A DNA stretch of 64,000 nt, from contig OZ316897.1 in the NCBI GenBank assembly GCA_973895155.1, positions 372,734 through 436,733 of the forward strand, in the 5' to 3' direction. Shown one piece after another: positions 62,529 through 64,000 of this stretch. Under the pieces are notes generated by a model that was given only the letters and a program-made list of their open reading frames with translations, made no database searches and was not told the DNA's origin. The position numbers and the translations under genes are program-made. Numbering within the stretch: position 1 is the first letter of the stretch; every line of letters starts with the position of its first letter. Origin of the DNA: Marsupella aquatica. Taxonomy: Eukaryota > Plantae > Marchantiophyta.

Positions 62529-64000
62529 GTTCCTGGTCTTTGCGCTCCTGTTTCCGTTAGAGACTCGGACGAGGGTGGGGATTTAGGGGTTGTGGTCGCT
62601 TGGGGTTGGCATCAGGGTGAATACTCGAGTGGAATATGTACAGTAGACCTTAGCCGTGGGGGTGATAGGAGCTGTTGACGACCTGATGGAATGCGAGCTC
62701 GTTATACGGATCGGGGATCTGCATTTGTAATTTGATTACAGTATTGATCATCTCCATTTTGTCGTGAGAATCGATCATCTATCCGAAAAGTCTGGTACAG
62801 TTTTGCTGAATCACGATCTTCTACTCGGATGGCCCTTTTCCCAGAATCAGTTGTCCGGAAGTGGGTCCACCTTCTATCAGACACTGTAGTGGGAACACTC
62901 CTGAGATTAGTATGGAGGTTCAGGCTACTGTAGATCTAGTGTAGATTAGTCACGAAGGTGTCATCGTTTGTAATGTCGAGGTTCACCTCAAGTTTTGTCA
63001 TGCTGAAGTATCTCATGTTAGAAAAGTTCTTTGACTTCCAGTATGCAATTCACTAAATTGACCTCATGCTGAGTTCTTGAAATCAGCTCCATGAATTCCG
63101 TCATGTGCAAACAAACAAATATGAACCTTTCGAACATTTGGAGTGAAGACTAGAAATGATTTCTGAGCTTGTCTCTTCGAATTATATACCATTGCATTTA
63201 TTCAAGATGTAGGAGAAAATCAGATCAAGCCTGCCCGAATTTTGTTCTTGCAGTTTCTTGTTCACTACGACCAGCCATGCTCAACCTGTCAAACACTAAA
63301 GGCTTTTCCTACCAGCAGGAATGAGGCTTCCAATTTCGTCTGCATCAATCCTGGTGCCATTGATTTGGTGGTTTTAGCTCCCTCGATTTGCTTGTATCCA
63401 TTTTCTATTCAGCTCTTCAGACATATTCTCTCCGGGCGACTTTTGCGGGACTCAACAAACAGGGCTTTGAGAAACTTCATAACAGACTCAAATTTTTCGA
63501 TCAATGTTCCACAAAACTCCTACATATTTCGAGGAGAAAGCTTAAAGACAATGCAACTAACCATTGGGCACGGTTGATCTGGATCACCTCTTTAGCAGGA
63601 TCCTCCTATACTTTCACTGAATTTTGAAAAAATAATGAGAAATCTCTCAGGCATAGTGTAGTAAGGTCTAACTTGTTCCTGGACCATTATGGGCAATAAG
63701 AGCCCCTCAAAACTGCAGCTGAACCGGCATTATATCCATAGTACATATTATAAAACAGGAATTTACTGTATGATTGCATAATTTTGTAGTTTGCTAAGGT
63801 GATCTTGTACAGTAGACAATGAAGCAACAGCCCCAAAGACCCCAAAACCCATTGTGTGCTTTTCTCTTTGATTATATTTGAATGGTTACAATTAGGGACA
63901 CCCTTGCCAGCCAGGCCTAGGGTTATGAGATTTTGCCACCCCTATCCAATTTCAGCTGCAATTTTCAGGTCACAAACTCAAAGGTCTCACTATCTGGAAG

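Overview
Eukaryotic nuclear DNA, intron-rich and TE-rich. Gene and TE style suggest a non-seed land plant, probably a bryophyte such as a liverwort (inference). Host genes: a plastid-targeted LEA-like gene with an ABRE/RY/DRE promoter (4640-5862), an intron-retaining frataxin pseudogene (~7827-9288), an 8-exon coiled-coil gene (25578-29419), a coiled-coil+RING gene (31681-32892), a 19-exon GH35 beta-galactosidase (53264-60643) and an intronless, fungal-looking YbhB/YbcL PEBP gene (61914-62528, HGT candidate). TEs: a CRE-type RLE LINE, an L1 remnant, a possible Helitron remnant, a hAT remnant with nested MITEs, and a complete 10.15-kb CACTA element (34512-44662; TIR CACTAGTACATT, TSD ATC). The best candidate for a new system is this CACTA. 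It carries a SET-domain exon inside the first intron of its tnpD gene, and the shared Zn-finger-like first exon could splice in frame to either the SET exon or the transposase. It also has a divergently transcribed tnpA-like gene and CpG-retaining TCCGA motif clusters at both ends and internally. Together these suggest a transposon-encoded chromatin-writer or anti-silencing module. All exon coordinates were read by eye.
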